Of a stretch of DNA of 64,000 bases, positions 41,540 through 50,769 are shown piece by piece (positions within the stretch are counted from its first letter, which is position 1; the number at the start of each line of letters is the position of its first letter). The stretch is taken from assembly GCA_963665095.1 (NCBI GenBank), contig OY762069.1:2816001-2880000 (forward strand). Reading direction: 5' to 3'. Under the pieces are notes generated by a model. That model was not told the DNA's origin, searched no databases, and saw only the letters and a program-made list of their open reading frames with translations. The stretch comes from an uncultured Desulfobacter sp. (lineage in GTDB: Bacteria; Desulfobacterota; Desulfobacteria; Desulfobacterales; Desulfobacteraceae). A program made the translations under genes and the position numbers.

Positions 41540-41840
41540 GTGTATTTTCCATGCCCACCACCAGCATCTGGTACAGCCCGCTTTCCACCTTGCCCTTAAG
41601 TTTTGTTTGGGGCGGGATGCGGTTAATACAGATGCTGTAATCCACTGCCAGCACCTTTTTTGAAAAATAGACCGGCACTGGGTCAAACACTTCTGCCATC
41701 TGGATTGCATTCATTTCACAGGCCAGGCCGGCCGGATATGTCTCTTCAGTAATCCCCAATTTTCAAGGGTCTTTCTCTGGCCGTCCAGGATGGCACTGCC
41801 GTGGCTTCCCATGGTGGTTATAGGTGTAGGAATAAACGGT
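41540..41840 (-). pseudogene. Frameshifted remnant of a LarA-like (lactate racemase N-terminal domain) gene
   Basis: Frame 1 PFI...MGSHGSAILDGQRKTLE joins frame 2 GITEET...PVYFSK...INRIPPQT...ESGLYQMLVVGM, matching the family pattern MGSHGG..EGQ..GITE..NRIKPHT..ESGL.KM..IG. Confidence 0.7.
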
Positions 41841-42127
41841 CGTGGTTCCGCAAAGAATTTTTGTTTTCCCGATGATCCTGCCGCCCGTATCCCGCTCAAA
41901 AAACGAAAAAAATATCGAAGTCCCGCCCACTACAGCATTGCTTACGAATGTTTTTTGTTCATGATAATTGCCTTTTGGGAAGGGGTTGTGTAATGTAAAG
42001 CCTGTCCAGGCGGTTATTTGACTTAATTTGTGACTTTATGGGTATTGCCCTTTTACGGTGGTGAGGCCGGACCTGGCATGCCGAGTAATTCTAATATCTA
42101 TCACCAGGCTCCAATTGGGAGGTCTTA

Positions 42128-45100
42128 TTGATACCACATCATTTCTCAAAAAACCGCAATTCCGTTATACTTTTGATATGCTTTATCCTGAGCTTGCTTT
42201 TCTCCACACAAGTGTATTCCAAATCCGATTTGAAAAAACCCTTGACTATAGCAGTCTGCAGTAGTTTTTCTCCCTTTACCCTTGTTACACCGGCTGGTGA
42301 GCCTGCGGGCCTTTTCGTGGAAATGTGGCAGCTGTGGAGTAAACAAACCGGTATACCTGTTGATTTTATTATCGAAGATTTGGCCGGATCCATTGAAGCT
42401 CTTCGCGAAAACAGGGCTGACATTCACTCAGGCCTTGTCGTAAATGAGCACCATGCAAAATGGATGGCTTTTTCCCAACCCATCCATGAGATACAAACTT
42501 CGATGTTTTTCAGGACGGACCAGCCGACCACTCTAACAATTCAGGAGATGAGCGGTAAAAAAATCGGTGCGTTGAATGACAGTGAGCAGCTCCAGTTTCT
42601 GCTTGACTCTCATAAGGGCGTTCAGGCTGTCGGTTATCCGGACAGCTCCTCACTGATCCTTGCAATATTGCAGGGCCGGCTGGATGCTGTTCTTCATGAG
42701 AATGTCCGGATAGAATCAGTGCTTGCCTCCTGGGGAGGGTGCGGGATGCTCCGGCGAAGTGGGGAACCGGTTTTTTCCAATCAGATTGTTGCTGCAGTGC
42801 GAAAAGACAGGCCAGATTTGCTCGAGATCATTAATAAAGGGTTTCAGCTGCTGCCAGTAGAAGTGGTGGCCAGAATGGAAAAACGCTGGGTTGCTGAGCC
42901 AGGTGATCGCCATTATGAAAGGCTGCTGACTGCCGGCAAGCTGACTTTTGAAGAACAAAACTGGATAAAGCAGAGGAAAAAACCGGTCATGGTAGGGGTT
43001 GAGATGGACTGGCCTCCTTTTGATTTCGTGAAAAACGCAAATCCAACAGGATATTCAAACGAACTGCTTCAGCTGGCAGCACAGAAAATTAAATTGCCGA
43101 TGGCGTTCGTGTCCGACTTGACCTGGGCCCAATTGATAGACCAGTTTAAAAAGGGTGCCATCGATGTTCTGCCGGCAGTTTACAAAACCCGGGAAAGAGA
43201 AAAAGAGATGGCTTTTACCCGGTTTTATGCCACGAATCCGGCAGTGCTGGTGGGCCACAAGGATCATCCTGAAATTCGTTCTTTAAAGGACCTTGCCGGC
43301 AAAAGACTCGCTGTGGTCGAAGGATTTTCCATCAATAACATGATCAAGGATGACTATCCCGAAATCCAACAGATTCAATATCAAAACGTGGCAGCAGCTT
43401 TGAAAGCTGTCGCTTTAAAAAAGTCAGACGCCTTTGTCGGAAGTCTTGGGGTCATTTCATATATTTTAAAAGAAAATATGATACCTGCAGTCCGTATTAT
43501 AGACGAAGTATCCATTGAGAATCCTCAGGCCACCTTTCTTCATGTGGCTGTCTTAAAAGAGCAGACCCTCTTGAGGGATATCATACAAAAGGGGTTGGAC
43601 TTACTGACTGACGAGGAGATAAAAAATTTAAAGAATAAATACTTTTTTGCCAAAGTCCCAAAAAGTCTGGTTTTAAACAAAGAGGAAAAAGAATGGCTTG
43701 CCGCACATAAATACATTCGACTGGGGGTAGACCCTTCATGGCTGCCCTTTGAGGGGATTGGAAACGATGGAAGATATATGGGTATTGTTTCAGAATATGT
43801 GGACTGGCTGAACAAAATACTGAACCTGACCATGACGCCGGTAAAGGGGTTAAGCTGGCAGGACGTTGTTAGAAAAGCCAAGGCAGGTGAGATTGACGCC
43901 CTTCCCGGGGTAGGTGTCACCCCATCGCGGAAAGAATATTTACATTTCACTGAACCTTACCTGAGTATTCCCATTGTGCTGGTTATCCGGGAGGACCTGC
44001 CCTTTGCGTCCGGGCTGAAAGACTTGGCCGGAAAGAGGTTGGCGGTGATTATGAACTCTCCGATAGGGGAGAAAGTCAAATCTGAACACCCTGAATTAAA
44101 ATACATTGAGACAAAGAATCTTATTTTGGCCCTGCAGGCTGTTGCACAGGGAAAAGCTGACGCCACTTTGGGAAACAATGCCTCTGTGACTTACTATGTC
44201 CGAAGGGATAACATCAAGGGGTTAAAAGTCGTTGCAACCCTGCCGCAGACCCTTGATTTGTCAATAGGAGTACGAAAGGACTGGCTGCCGCTGGTTTCCA
44301 TACTGGATAAAGCCCTGGCCGTGATTCCGGAAGCTGAACACAGAAGTTTTCATGACCGGTGGGTGAATATTCAGGTGGAATCCCGTGTAGACTGGAAACC
44401 GCTGCTGGGAATAAGCCTGGGTATACTGCTGGTTGCAGGAATCATTTTTGCTGTTATTTTATTTTCCAACCGCAGGCTTACCAGGGAGGTCCATGAGCGG
44501 ACTCTGGCTGAAAATAGAATGCGTAAGATGAGCGAGGATATCCATATAATCAGCACTGAACTGGAGCAGATTTTTAAGAATACACAAGTGGGCATTGTCT
44601 TTTTGAAAAACAGACAAAAATTTTATCGGTGCAATGACCGGGCTGCCGAAATACTGGGGTATGACTCGTCTGATGAAATGGCGGGTATGAACATTGCCGA
44701 TGTCCACATGAGCCAGGAGAGGTTTAAGCGGTTTGGCGGGGAGTATTATCCTGAACTGATCCGTGGAGAACATATCCTGGGGGAATATAAATTTAAGCGC
44801 AGAGACGGTACGGGTGTCTGGTGCTCCATCTCAGGCAAAGCAGTGGATGTTAAGACCCCGCCAGACTTGAATAAAGGGGTTATATGGGTAATTGATGACA
44901 TTACTGAAAAGCGCCAGGCCAGAAAGGCATTAAAGGAAAGTGAAGAACGGGTGAAAACCATTTTGAATTCCATTAATACCGGTATCATTATTATTGATCC
45001 TACGAATCGGGAAATCATGGATATCAATTCTGTGGCGGCCAGGATGATCGGCCTTAACGAGAAGGAAATTGTCGGCCGTTCCTGCCATAAGTTTATCTGC

Positions 45101-46441
45101 CCCAGTGCAAAGAGGGACTGTCCCATCATTGATCATCACAAGACGGTTGACAATGCAGAATGTGTTCTGATTACGGGGGATAATAAAGAAATTCCAATAC
45201 TGAAAACCGTTGTACCTGTTCACTTAAGTGGAAAGAGACAGCTGTTGGAAAGCTTTGTCGATCTGACCAAACGAAAAAAAGACGAAGAACAGATTCAAAA
45301 ACTGTCAAACGCAGTCGAACAAAGTCCTGTCTGGGTTATTATAACTGATCCTGACGGTACAATCGAATATGTTAACCCCAAATTTACAAAAATTACGGGA
45401 TACCATGCCCGGGAAGTGCTGGGAAAAAATCCAAGGATTCTTAGTTCCGGTCAGACAACTTGCGACTTTTATGAAAAAATGTGGGGTCAAATTGTAAAGG
45501 GTAAGTCCTGGAGTGGCGATATTTTGAACCGCAGAAAAAATCAGGAATTGTTCTGGGCACACCTCTATATTTCATCGGTTCGGGGACAAAACGGCAATAT
45601 CTCCCATTTCATTGGATTAGGTGAAGATATCACAGAACAAAAAGCATTGCAGGAGGAGCGTGATGATGCCTACGCAGTCATTTCAAGCAGTATCAATTAC
45701 GCATCCAATATCCAGCAATCCATACTCCCTGGCAAAGAAGCGCTTGATAAACTTTTTCCCCACTATTTTACCTTGTGGGAACCTCGTGATCGTGTCGGGG
45801 GAGACATCTATTTTTCAAAATCCTGGGGTTTGGGAAAAATCTTTGCCCTGGGCGATTGTACGGGCCACGGGGTCCCAGGAGCATTTATGAGCATGATAGC
45901 CAATGGAGCGCTTGAAATGGCAACACTGGAGACACCTCCCGGAGACAGTGCTGTGTTGTTACAAAGGACACATCAACTGATCCAGCAGGCTCTGGGGCAG
46001 CAGAAAGAGGATAGTAAATCCGATGATGGAATAGATATCGGGCTGTGTTATATCGCGCCCCGGAACAGGAAGATCGTTTTTTCAGGTGCACGATTCTCCT
46101 TGTTTGTGGTTGAAAATGCTATGGTAACTGAAATCAAGGGTAACAAAAAATTCGGTCTTGGTTATTGTGCCACTCCCCATAATGTTCAATTTGCCAATAA
46201 TGATGTAAGGATCAATCCGGAACGGTCATATTACATGACATCAGATGGACTCGTTGATCAGATTGGAGGGCCTAAACGTCGCAGTTTCGGCAAGAAACGG
46301 TTTAAAAAGCTGCTGGTTGAAATGGAATCTGTGCCCTGGGTCCGCAAAAGTCAATTCCTGCTGAATGAACTAAACGAATACCAGGGCAATGAGCGTCGGC
46401 GTGATGATGTCTCGGTCATCGGCTTTTCTTTTTCAGCTTAA
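42128..46441 (+). CDS. Membrane PP2C/SpoIIE phosphatase (SiaA-like) with three periplasmic SBP family-3 domains and three PAS domains
   Basis: Three SBP repeats (FSPF, DWPPFDF, SWLPFE), a TM segment, three PAS domains, then WEPRDRVGGDIY, GDCTGHGVPGAFM, SDGLVDQIGG, RRDDVSVIGF. Confidence 0.9.
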   Translation: MIPHHFSKNRNSVILLICFILSLLFSTQVYSKSDLKKPLTIAVCSSFSPFTLVTPAGEPAGLFVEMWQLWSKQTGIPVDFIIEDLAGSIEALRENRADIHSGLVVNEHHAKWMAFSQPIHEIQTSMFFRTDQPTTLTIQEMSGKKIGALNDSEQLQFLLDSHKGVQAVGYPDSSSLILAILQGRLDAVLHENVRIESVLASWGGCGMLRRSGEPVFSNQIVAAVRKDRPDLLEIINKGFQLLPVEVVARMEKRWVAEPGDRHYERLLTAGKLTFEEQNWIKQRKKPVMVGVEMDWPPFDFVKNANPTGYSNELLQLAAQKIKLPMAFVSDLTWAQLIDQFKKGAIDVLPAVYKTREREKEMAFTRFYATNPAVLVGHKDHPEIRSLKDLAGKRLAVVEGFSINNMIKDDYPEIQQIQYQNVAAALKAVALKKSDAFVGSLGVISYILKENMIPAVRIIDEVSIENPQATFLHVAVLKEQTLLRDIIQKGLDLLTDEEIKNLKNKYFFAKVPKSLVLNKEEKEWLAAHKYIRLGVDPSWLPFEGIGNDGRYMGIVSEYVDWLNKILNLTMTPVKGLSWQDVVRKAKAGEIDALPGVGVTPSRKEYLHFTEPYLSIPIVLVIREDLPFASGLKDLAGKRLAVIMNSPIGEKVKSEHPELKYIETKNLILALQAVAQGKADATLGNNASVTYYVRRDNIKGLKVVATLPQTLDLSIGVRKDWLPLVSILDKALAVIPEAEHRSFHDRWVNIQVESRVDWKPLLGISLGILLVAGIIFAVILFSNRRLTREVHERTLAENRMRKMSEDIHIISTELEQIFKNTQVGIVFLKNRQKFYRCNDRAAEILGYDSSDEMAGMNIADVHMSQERFKRFGGEYYPELIRGEHILGEYKFKRRDGTGVWCSISGKAVDVKTPPDLNKGVIWVIDDITEKRQARKALKESEERVKTILNSINTGIIIIDPTNREIMDINSVAARMIGLNEKEIVGRSCHKFICPSAKRDCPIIDHHKTVDNAECVLITGDNKEIPILKTVVPVHLSGKRQLLESFVDLTKRKKDEEQIQKLSNAVEQSPVWVIITDPDGTIEYVNPKFTKITGYHAREVLGKNPRILSSGQTTCDFYEKMWGQIVKGKSWSGDILNRRKNQELFWAHLYISSVRGQNGNISHFIGLGEDITEQKALQEERDDAYAVISSSINYASNIQQSILPGKEALDKLFPHYFTLWEPRDRVGGDIYFSKSWGLGKIFALGDCTGHGVPGAFMSMIANGALEMATLETPPGDSAVLLQRTHQLIQQALGQQKEDSKSDDGIDIGLCYIAPRNRKIVFSGARFSLFVVENAMVTEIKGNKKFGLGYCATPHNVQFANNDVRINPERSYYMTSDGLVDQIGGPKRRSFGKKRFKKLLVEMESVPWVRKSQFLLNELNEYQGNERRRDDVSVIGFSFSA

Positions 46442-46837
46442 GGTTTTGGCAAGGAATACTCCCATTTCTCTATCCGTACCGTTGATATGATTTACCAGCC
46501 AGTCTTTGAGAAACGGCATCAGTTTGTCAGGGATTTCATTGTCTCCATCCAGGAATGCTTCATAAAGCTCCGTGGCCTGCCCAACCAGATTCTCATGTTC
46601 GGTTTTGTGATCGAACAAACCTTCATAAGCTGACTCCTGCATAAGCCGTTCTTCATGTCTGAAATGCCAGCTGGTATAGCTGATAAGTTCTTCGAGCAGG
46701 TCTGCCAAAGCGTCCTTATCCGCGCCTTCAGCCAGTTCATCATGGATTCTGTTTACCATGCCGACAAGTTTCTTATGGTCATCGTCTACCTCTTCAATAT
46801 TTACACTTAGTTTGTCGCTCCAATCGATGAACGCCAT
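46433..46837 (-). CDS. Bacteriohemerythrin
   Basis: WSDKLSV..VDDDHKKL, HFRHEERLM, HKTEH, WLVNHINGTD di-iron motifs. Confidence 0.95.
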   Translation of the reverse strand: MAFIDWSDKLSVNIEEVDDDHKKLVGMVNRIHDELAEGADKDALADLLEELISYTSWHFRHEERLMQESAYEGLFDHKTEHENLVGQATELYEAFLDGDNEIPDKLMPFLKDWLVNHINGTDREMGVFLAKTLS

Positions 46838-47009
46838 CTTCTTATGCCTTTTTTGAATATGATTGTTGTAAGTTTTAACAGAAAGATTTAAATTTCATAT
46901 AGAAATACGGTAATTTAGTAAAGAAAAAAATATAATTCTATGACCGTTTACGTTTTTCAAAACGATATGTTGTTGACGATACATTCAAATTTTTGATGAT
47001 TGAGGGAAA

Positions 47010-47948
47010 ATGGAATTTGATGCTTTCAAGAATGAACTTGATGTAATTATACAGGGTGAAAAATGTCTGGATTCGTGCAAATCCCAGGTTTCAGCGGAGC
47101 AATACAAAGCGCTGTTAAACGATTATAAAAAATTATTTAAAACCACAAAACGCTTGGTGAGTATCAGTGACCGGAGCGAGGAGCGGCTTAAAGAAGCCAA
47201 CACCAAAATCATACACCAGCAAAAAGAGTTGCAGTATCAGAATGAAATTCTCAAGGAGAACATGAAACTGCGTGAGGATGTGGAGCGTATTACCCGCCAT
47301 GATTTAAAAACCCCGCTGAATGCAATCATTAATTTTCCTAAGTTGATTGACAAGTCAAACCTTACAGAAAAGCAGATGGGGCAGCTGGACAAGATAAGTA
47401 CCTCAGGATATAAGCTGCTGAACATGATCAATCTTTCTTTGGATCTTTTTAAAATGGAACAGGGCACTTACCAGCTTTCGCCGGTTCCGGTGGACATCAG
47501 CAGAGTACTCCAAGATATCTTTCAGGAAAACCGCTTATATATCAAATCAAGACGTATCGTCCTTGATATCAGGTTAAACGGAGCTATCGTGGATGAAACT
47601 TCGGTATTCAATGTTCCAGGCGAGGAGCTGCTGCTTTACTCCATGCTGGCCAACCTGATCAAGAACGCGTTGGAGGCATCTGCGAGAAAAGAGACTATTT
47701 TGATAAAAATGGAAGATGCTCCGGTACCGTCTATTACCATAAATAATAAAGGGATTGTGCCGGAGGACATGCGTAACAGATTTTTTGAAAAATATACTAC
47801 GTCGGGCAAGAAAACAGGTACCGGATTAGGTACGTATTCGGCAAAGCTTATTATGGATACACATGGCGGGACAATATCCATGGACTCCTCTGAAGAAAAG
47901 GGTACAACCCTGCGGGTTACATTCCCGGATAATGGTTCTAAATCATAG
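47010..47948 (+). CDS. Soluble histidine kinase with SiaD-like N-terminal coiled coil
   Basis: RHDLKTPL H-box, NLIKNALEAS, KKTGTGLG. No TM or PAS domain. Confidence 0.9.
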   Translation: MEFDAFKNELDVIIQGEKCLDSCKSQVSAEQYKALLNDYKKLFKTTKRLVSISDRSEERLKEANTKIIHQQKELQYQNEILKENMKLREDVERITRHDLKTPLNAIINFPKLIDKSNLTEKQMGQLDKISTSGYKLLNMINLSLDLFKMEQGTYQLSPVPVDISRVLQDIFQENRLYIKSRRIVLDIRLNGAIVDETSVFNVPGEELLLYSMLANLIKNALEASARKETILIKMEDAPVPSITINNKGIVPEDMRNRFFEKYTTSGKKTGTGLGTYSAKLIMDTHGGTISMDSSEEKGTTLRVTFPDNGSKS

Positions 47949-48102
47949 GAATTGTCTTTTCTCAATTCTTATCCCAAAAGCCTAATACAGTTCGTAACCA
48001 AAGGATAGGAAATTTTTTTGACAAAAAATCGTCTTGACACAAGTGCCCAATTTTATGTTCATGACCGGTACATTAAAGACGGAACCCCTTAAATTGAAAG
48101 CT

Positions 48103-48476
48103 CGGTTTTTATCATGGGCCATTCACTTCTGTACCCGCTGGACCTTAAGGATGAGGAAAACTATAATCTAGCCAAATCCCTGTCAAAGGTGGATGGGGCC
48201 CTGCATATCGGGGCTGATTTAAAACTGCACGGATTTGCCTGCCTTCTGGAAGGCAGTTATGTAACCGGAGAGAACCGGGCACGGGTTGCCCGGTTTAATT
48301 CACCGTTGCGGTTCACAGCAGAACACGAAAATATTATCGTGATCGTGGTTTCCTCTGACACCCCGGTTTCGGTCATGATGGGCGGTGTGGTGCTTGAAAC
48401 CAAATGGAAACGGGAGACCGCTCTCATCTGCAACATCCCTGTCCCCCTGCAGGAATGGGTGGCTAAAACCAAATAA
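48103..48476 (+). pseudogene. 374-bp direct repeat, copy 2: displaced 3' fragment of the DAC-domain gene
   Basis: Same length as copy 1, with substitutions at conserved sites (RGAR to RVAR, NSAL to NSPL). No 5' part of the gene. Confidence 0.9.
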
Positions 48477-48545
48477 AGAATTTTGTTCGATATTGTCCGT
48501 GGCAGCCGGCATACCATGAAGGAGTGTTGCCCAATTTTAATCTGA

Positions 48546-49115
48546 TCATCGCGACTGCCTGTTTGCCATCCATTCCGGAACCCTGGGCGCATCAATTCTG
48601 TAATAGCCCGGATTATACGGTTTGATATCCAGCACCGGACTGCCGTCCACCGCCTCGAACCCCTTTACTTTCAGGATATGGCCGGATCGTTCCAGAAGGC
48701 TTACGGCCGTCACCAGAATGGGATTGGGCCGGGCCGGGCTGCAGGTAGCATAGATGCCCTGTTTCGGGATATCCGGCCGGCCCATGGGATGCACCTTTCT
48801 CAGACTGCGGCGCTCCTGGGGGACCAGGTGGGGCCAGTACAGCACCAGGATATGGGAAAACCCTTCGATCCCGTCCAGGATCCCGTCAAGTTCCGGATTA
48901 ATGTGGATCTCGCTGATATTGTCTCTGACTCCGGGACGCCTGTCACAGGCATTTTCACTGTTTTTATCCCGGGAAAGGCCATCTTTTTCCACCTTCAGTC
49001 CAGGGGTTTTGATATCACTGCAGACAACGCCTACCGGGGTGAGCATGATCCCATCTTTGTAAACATCCAGCTTTTCAGCGACCAATGATGGAGCGTTTCC
49101 AGTTTGCAGACTCAT
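48546..49115 (-). CDS. TsaA/TrmO-family protein, short form (N-terminal SAM-binding barrel only)
   Basis: GFSHILVLYWPH, GIYATCSPARPNPI, DGSPVLDIKPY. Lacks the C-terminal domain. Confidence 0.88.
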   Translation of the reverse strand: MSLQTGNAPSLVAEKLDVYKDGIMLTPVGVVCSDIKTPGLKVEKDGLSRDKNSENACDRRPGVRDNISEIHINPELDGILDGIEGFSHILVLYWPHLVPQERRSLRKVHPMGRPDIPKQGIYATCSPARPNPILVTAVSLLERSGHILKVKGFEAVDGSPVLDIKPYNPGYYRIDAPRVPEWMANRQSR

Positions 49116-49143
49116 TTACAATCTGTCCTTTATATGTGGGCGT

Positions 49144-49716
49144 TTATGATGGTTTGTTTATAATACCGGGCATGAATTCGGCCAGTTCTTCTCTTCCTGC
49201 AAATTTTCCCCCCAGGGTCCTGAAATTGGGGGCAAGCATCACAAGGGGATCTTCCAGAAGTTTTTCACCATCCCAGTAAAGATCGTTCACCTCTGCATGC
49301 TTAACCCGCCCGATGGTCAGGACATAATCCTCTCCTGTAACCTCCTGCTCCAAAACCGCCTCAATCCACCCCAGGGCGTTTTTCATCCTTAAGGGGGCCA
49401 CAGTTTTAGCCGGGGTTGTCTCCATTTCAGCCATCTCCATTTCATTGACATCCGCAGGAAAACTTCTTGCGCAGGACATGGCCTTTCGAAAATCGGGCGA
49501 ACCTAGGACATTCACGACAAACTCCTTTGTTTCCCGGATATTTTTCAGGGTATCCCTGGGCAGCGCCGATGCAATGGCAATAAGGTTTAAAGGCCTTAAT
49601 ATCGGCATGACGCAACCATAAGGGGCGCCGTTATGAACCCCTGCCGCATCCACGGTGGTGATCAGGGTCACAGGCAGTGGAAGAAACAATTTAAATTTAT
49701 CAGGTGCAAGCTCCAT
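49144..49716 (-). CDS. Flavin reductase-like (DIM6/NTAB) protein
   Basis: PLPVTLITTVD, NGAPY, RDTLKNIRETKEFVVN. RBS GGAG before MELAP. Confidence 0.88.
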   Translation of the reverse strand: MELAPDKFKLFLPLPVTLITTVDAAGVHNGAPYGCVMPILRPLNLIAIASALPRDTLKNIRETKEFVVNVLGSPDFRKAMSCARSFPADVNEMEMAEMETTPAKTVAPLRMKNALGWIEAVLEQEVTGEDYVLTIGRVKHAEVNDLYWDGEKLLEDPLVMLAPNFRTLGGKFAGREELAEFMPGIINKPS

Positions 49717-50252
49717 TTTAATCTCCTTTTTCTGGTGGCTCTTTGCCGGGGTGGGCAGCCATAGGCTGATCCCTATGTCACGTCCCAGCTGCAAACCGCC
49801 CAAAAACTCTTTATCTGTAAAAATAAAAAAGCCAGGCAGGCAATATACCGGGATGCTTTCCGGCAACTGACCTTCCTGGCCTGGTATTTTAATCGTCGAA
49901 CAGAGTATATTTTTTATTAATCTGTGCCTTCCTGACACAATTATCATTTATTTCTGACAAGTGTCCTACAGTCGTATTTTCAAGAAGTCAAGAGGAACCC
50001 AGCAGGAAAAAGGAATATATATAATCGACCCTCGACAGAATAGAGAGGGGGGGGCACAATACTTTGTGTCTATTTATGATCCCATTGTGTGAATTTTAGC
50101 AGCAGAACATTGAGCCTCATACAGTCCGTTTGAAACTGTATTCTTTTATTATTCGTATTCCCCATTCGACAATTGCCATCAAGCTGATAGTAATTAATTG
50201 GTGATTGCCTTGTGAAAATAAAATTGCACTTGACCGCGTCCTGACATTATTT

Positions 50253-50287
50253 TATGTAAGCTTCTTAAAAGTTAAGAAACTTATATA
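50253..50287. promoter_or_regulatory. Probable MarR operator
   Basis: TATGTAAGCTTCTTAA-AAG-TTAAGAAACTTATATA (14/16 inverted repeat) just upstream of marR. Confidence 0.7.
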
Positions 50288-50298
50288 TTGGACACCAA

Positions 50299-50769
50299 AT
50301 GGTATATTCAAATAACCAGGACAGGCTGCAGCAGCAGGCCATCAGCAGCTTCTGGGAAAATGTGCCCCAATTATGGCACCGCATCCGCGCCAATGTACGA
50401 AACATTGCTGTAAAGGAGTTTGGCATCACAGTGGAGCAGTTCCACCTGCTGCGCCATATCCGCAAGGGCATGGGCTCGATGAGTGAGCTTGCCAATGCCC
50501 GGGGCGTCAGCCGACCGGCCGTGTCCCAGGCAGTGGAAACCCTTGTGAATAAAGGTCTGATCCTTAGGGGAGAAAAAACCGGGGACCGGCGCTTTGTCCA
50601 TCTTGAACTGACCCTGGCCGGCGATTCCCTGCTGTCCGCCATTTTCCAGAAAAACCGGGCATGGATGGAAACCCAGTTTTCCACCCTCTCCCCGGATGAA
50701 CTTACCATGGTGATTGAGGCCTTTGGACTCATCGGCTCTTTGTTTAAAAACAGCCCGGAGGGGCCATGA
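50299..50769 (+). CDS. MarR-family regulator
   Basis: SELANARGVSRPAVSQAVETLVNKGLI..GDRR..LTLAG. Confidence 0.93.
   Translation: MVYSNNQDRLQQQAISSFWENVPQLWHRIRANVRNIAVKEFGITVEQFHLLRHIRKGMGSMSELANARGVSRPAVSQAVETLVNKGLILRGEKTGDRRFVHLELTLAGDSLLSAIFQKNRAWMETQFSTLSPDELTMVIEAFGLIGSLFKNSPEGP

Noticed and set aside
48114..48476. Independent small DAC gene
   Set aside because: It is the duplicated 3' fragment, starts at an internal Met and has substitutions at conserved sites.
49930..49950. Fur box upstream of the flavin reductase (TGACACAATTATCATT)
   Set aside because: Only one good half-site, and the spacing does not fit the 7-1-7 pattern.
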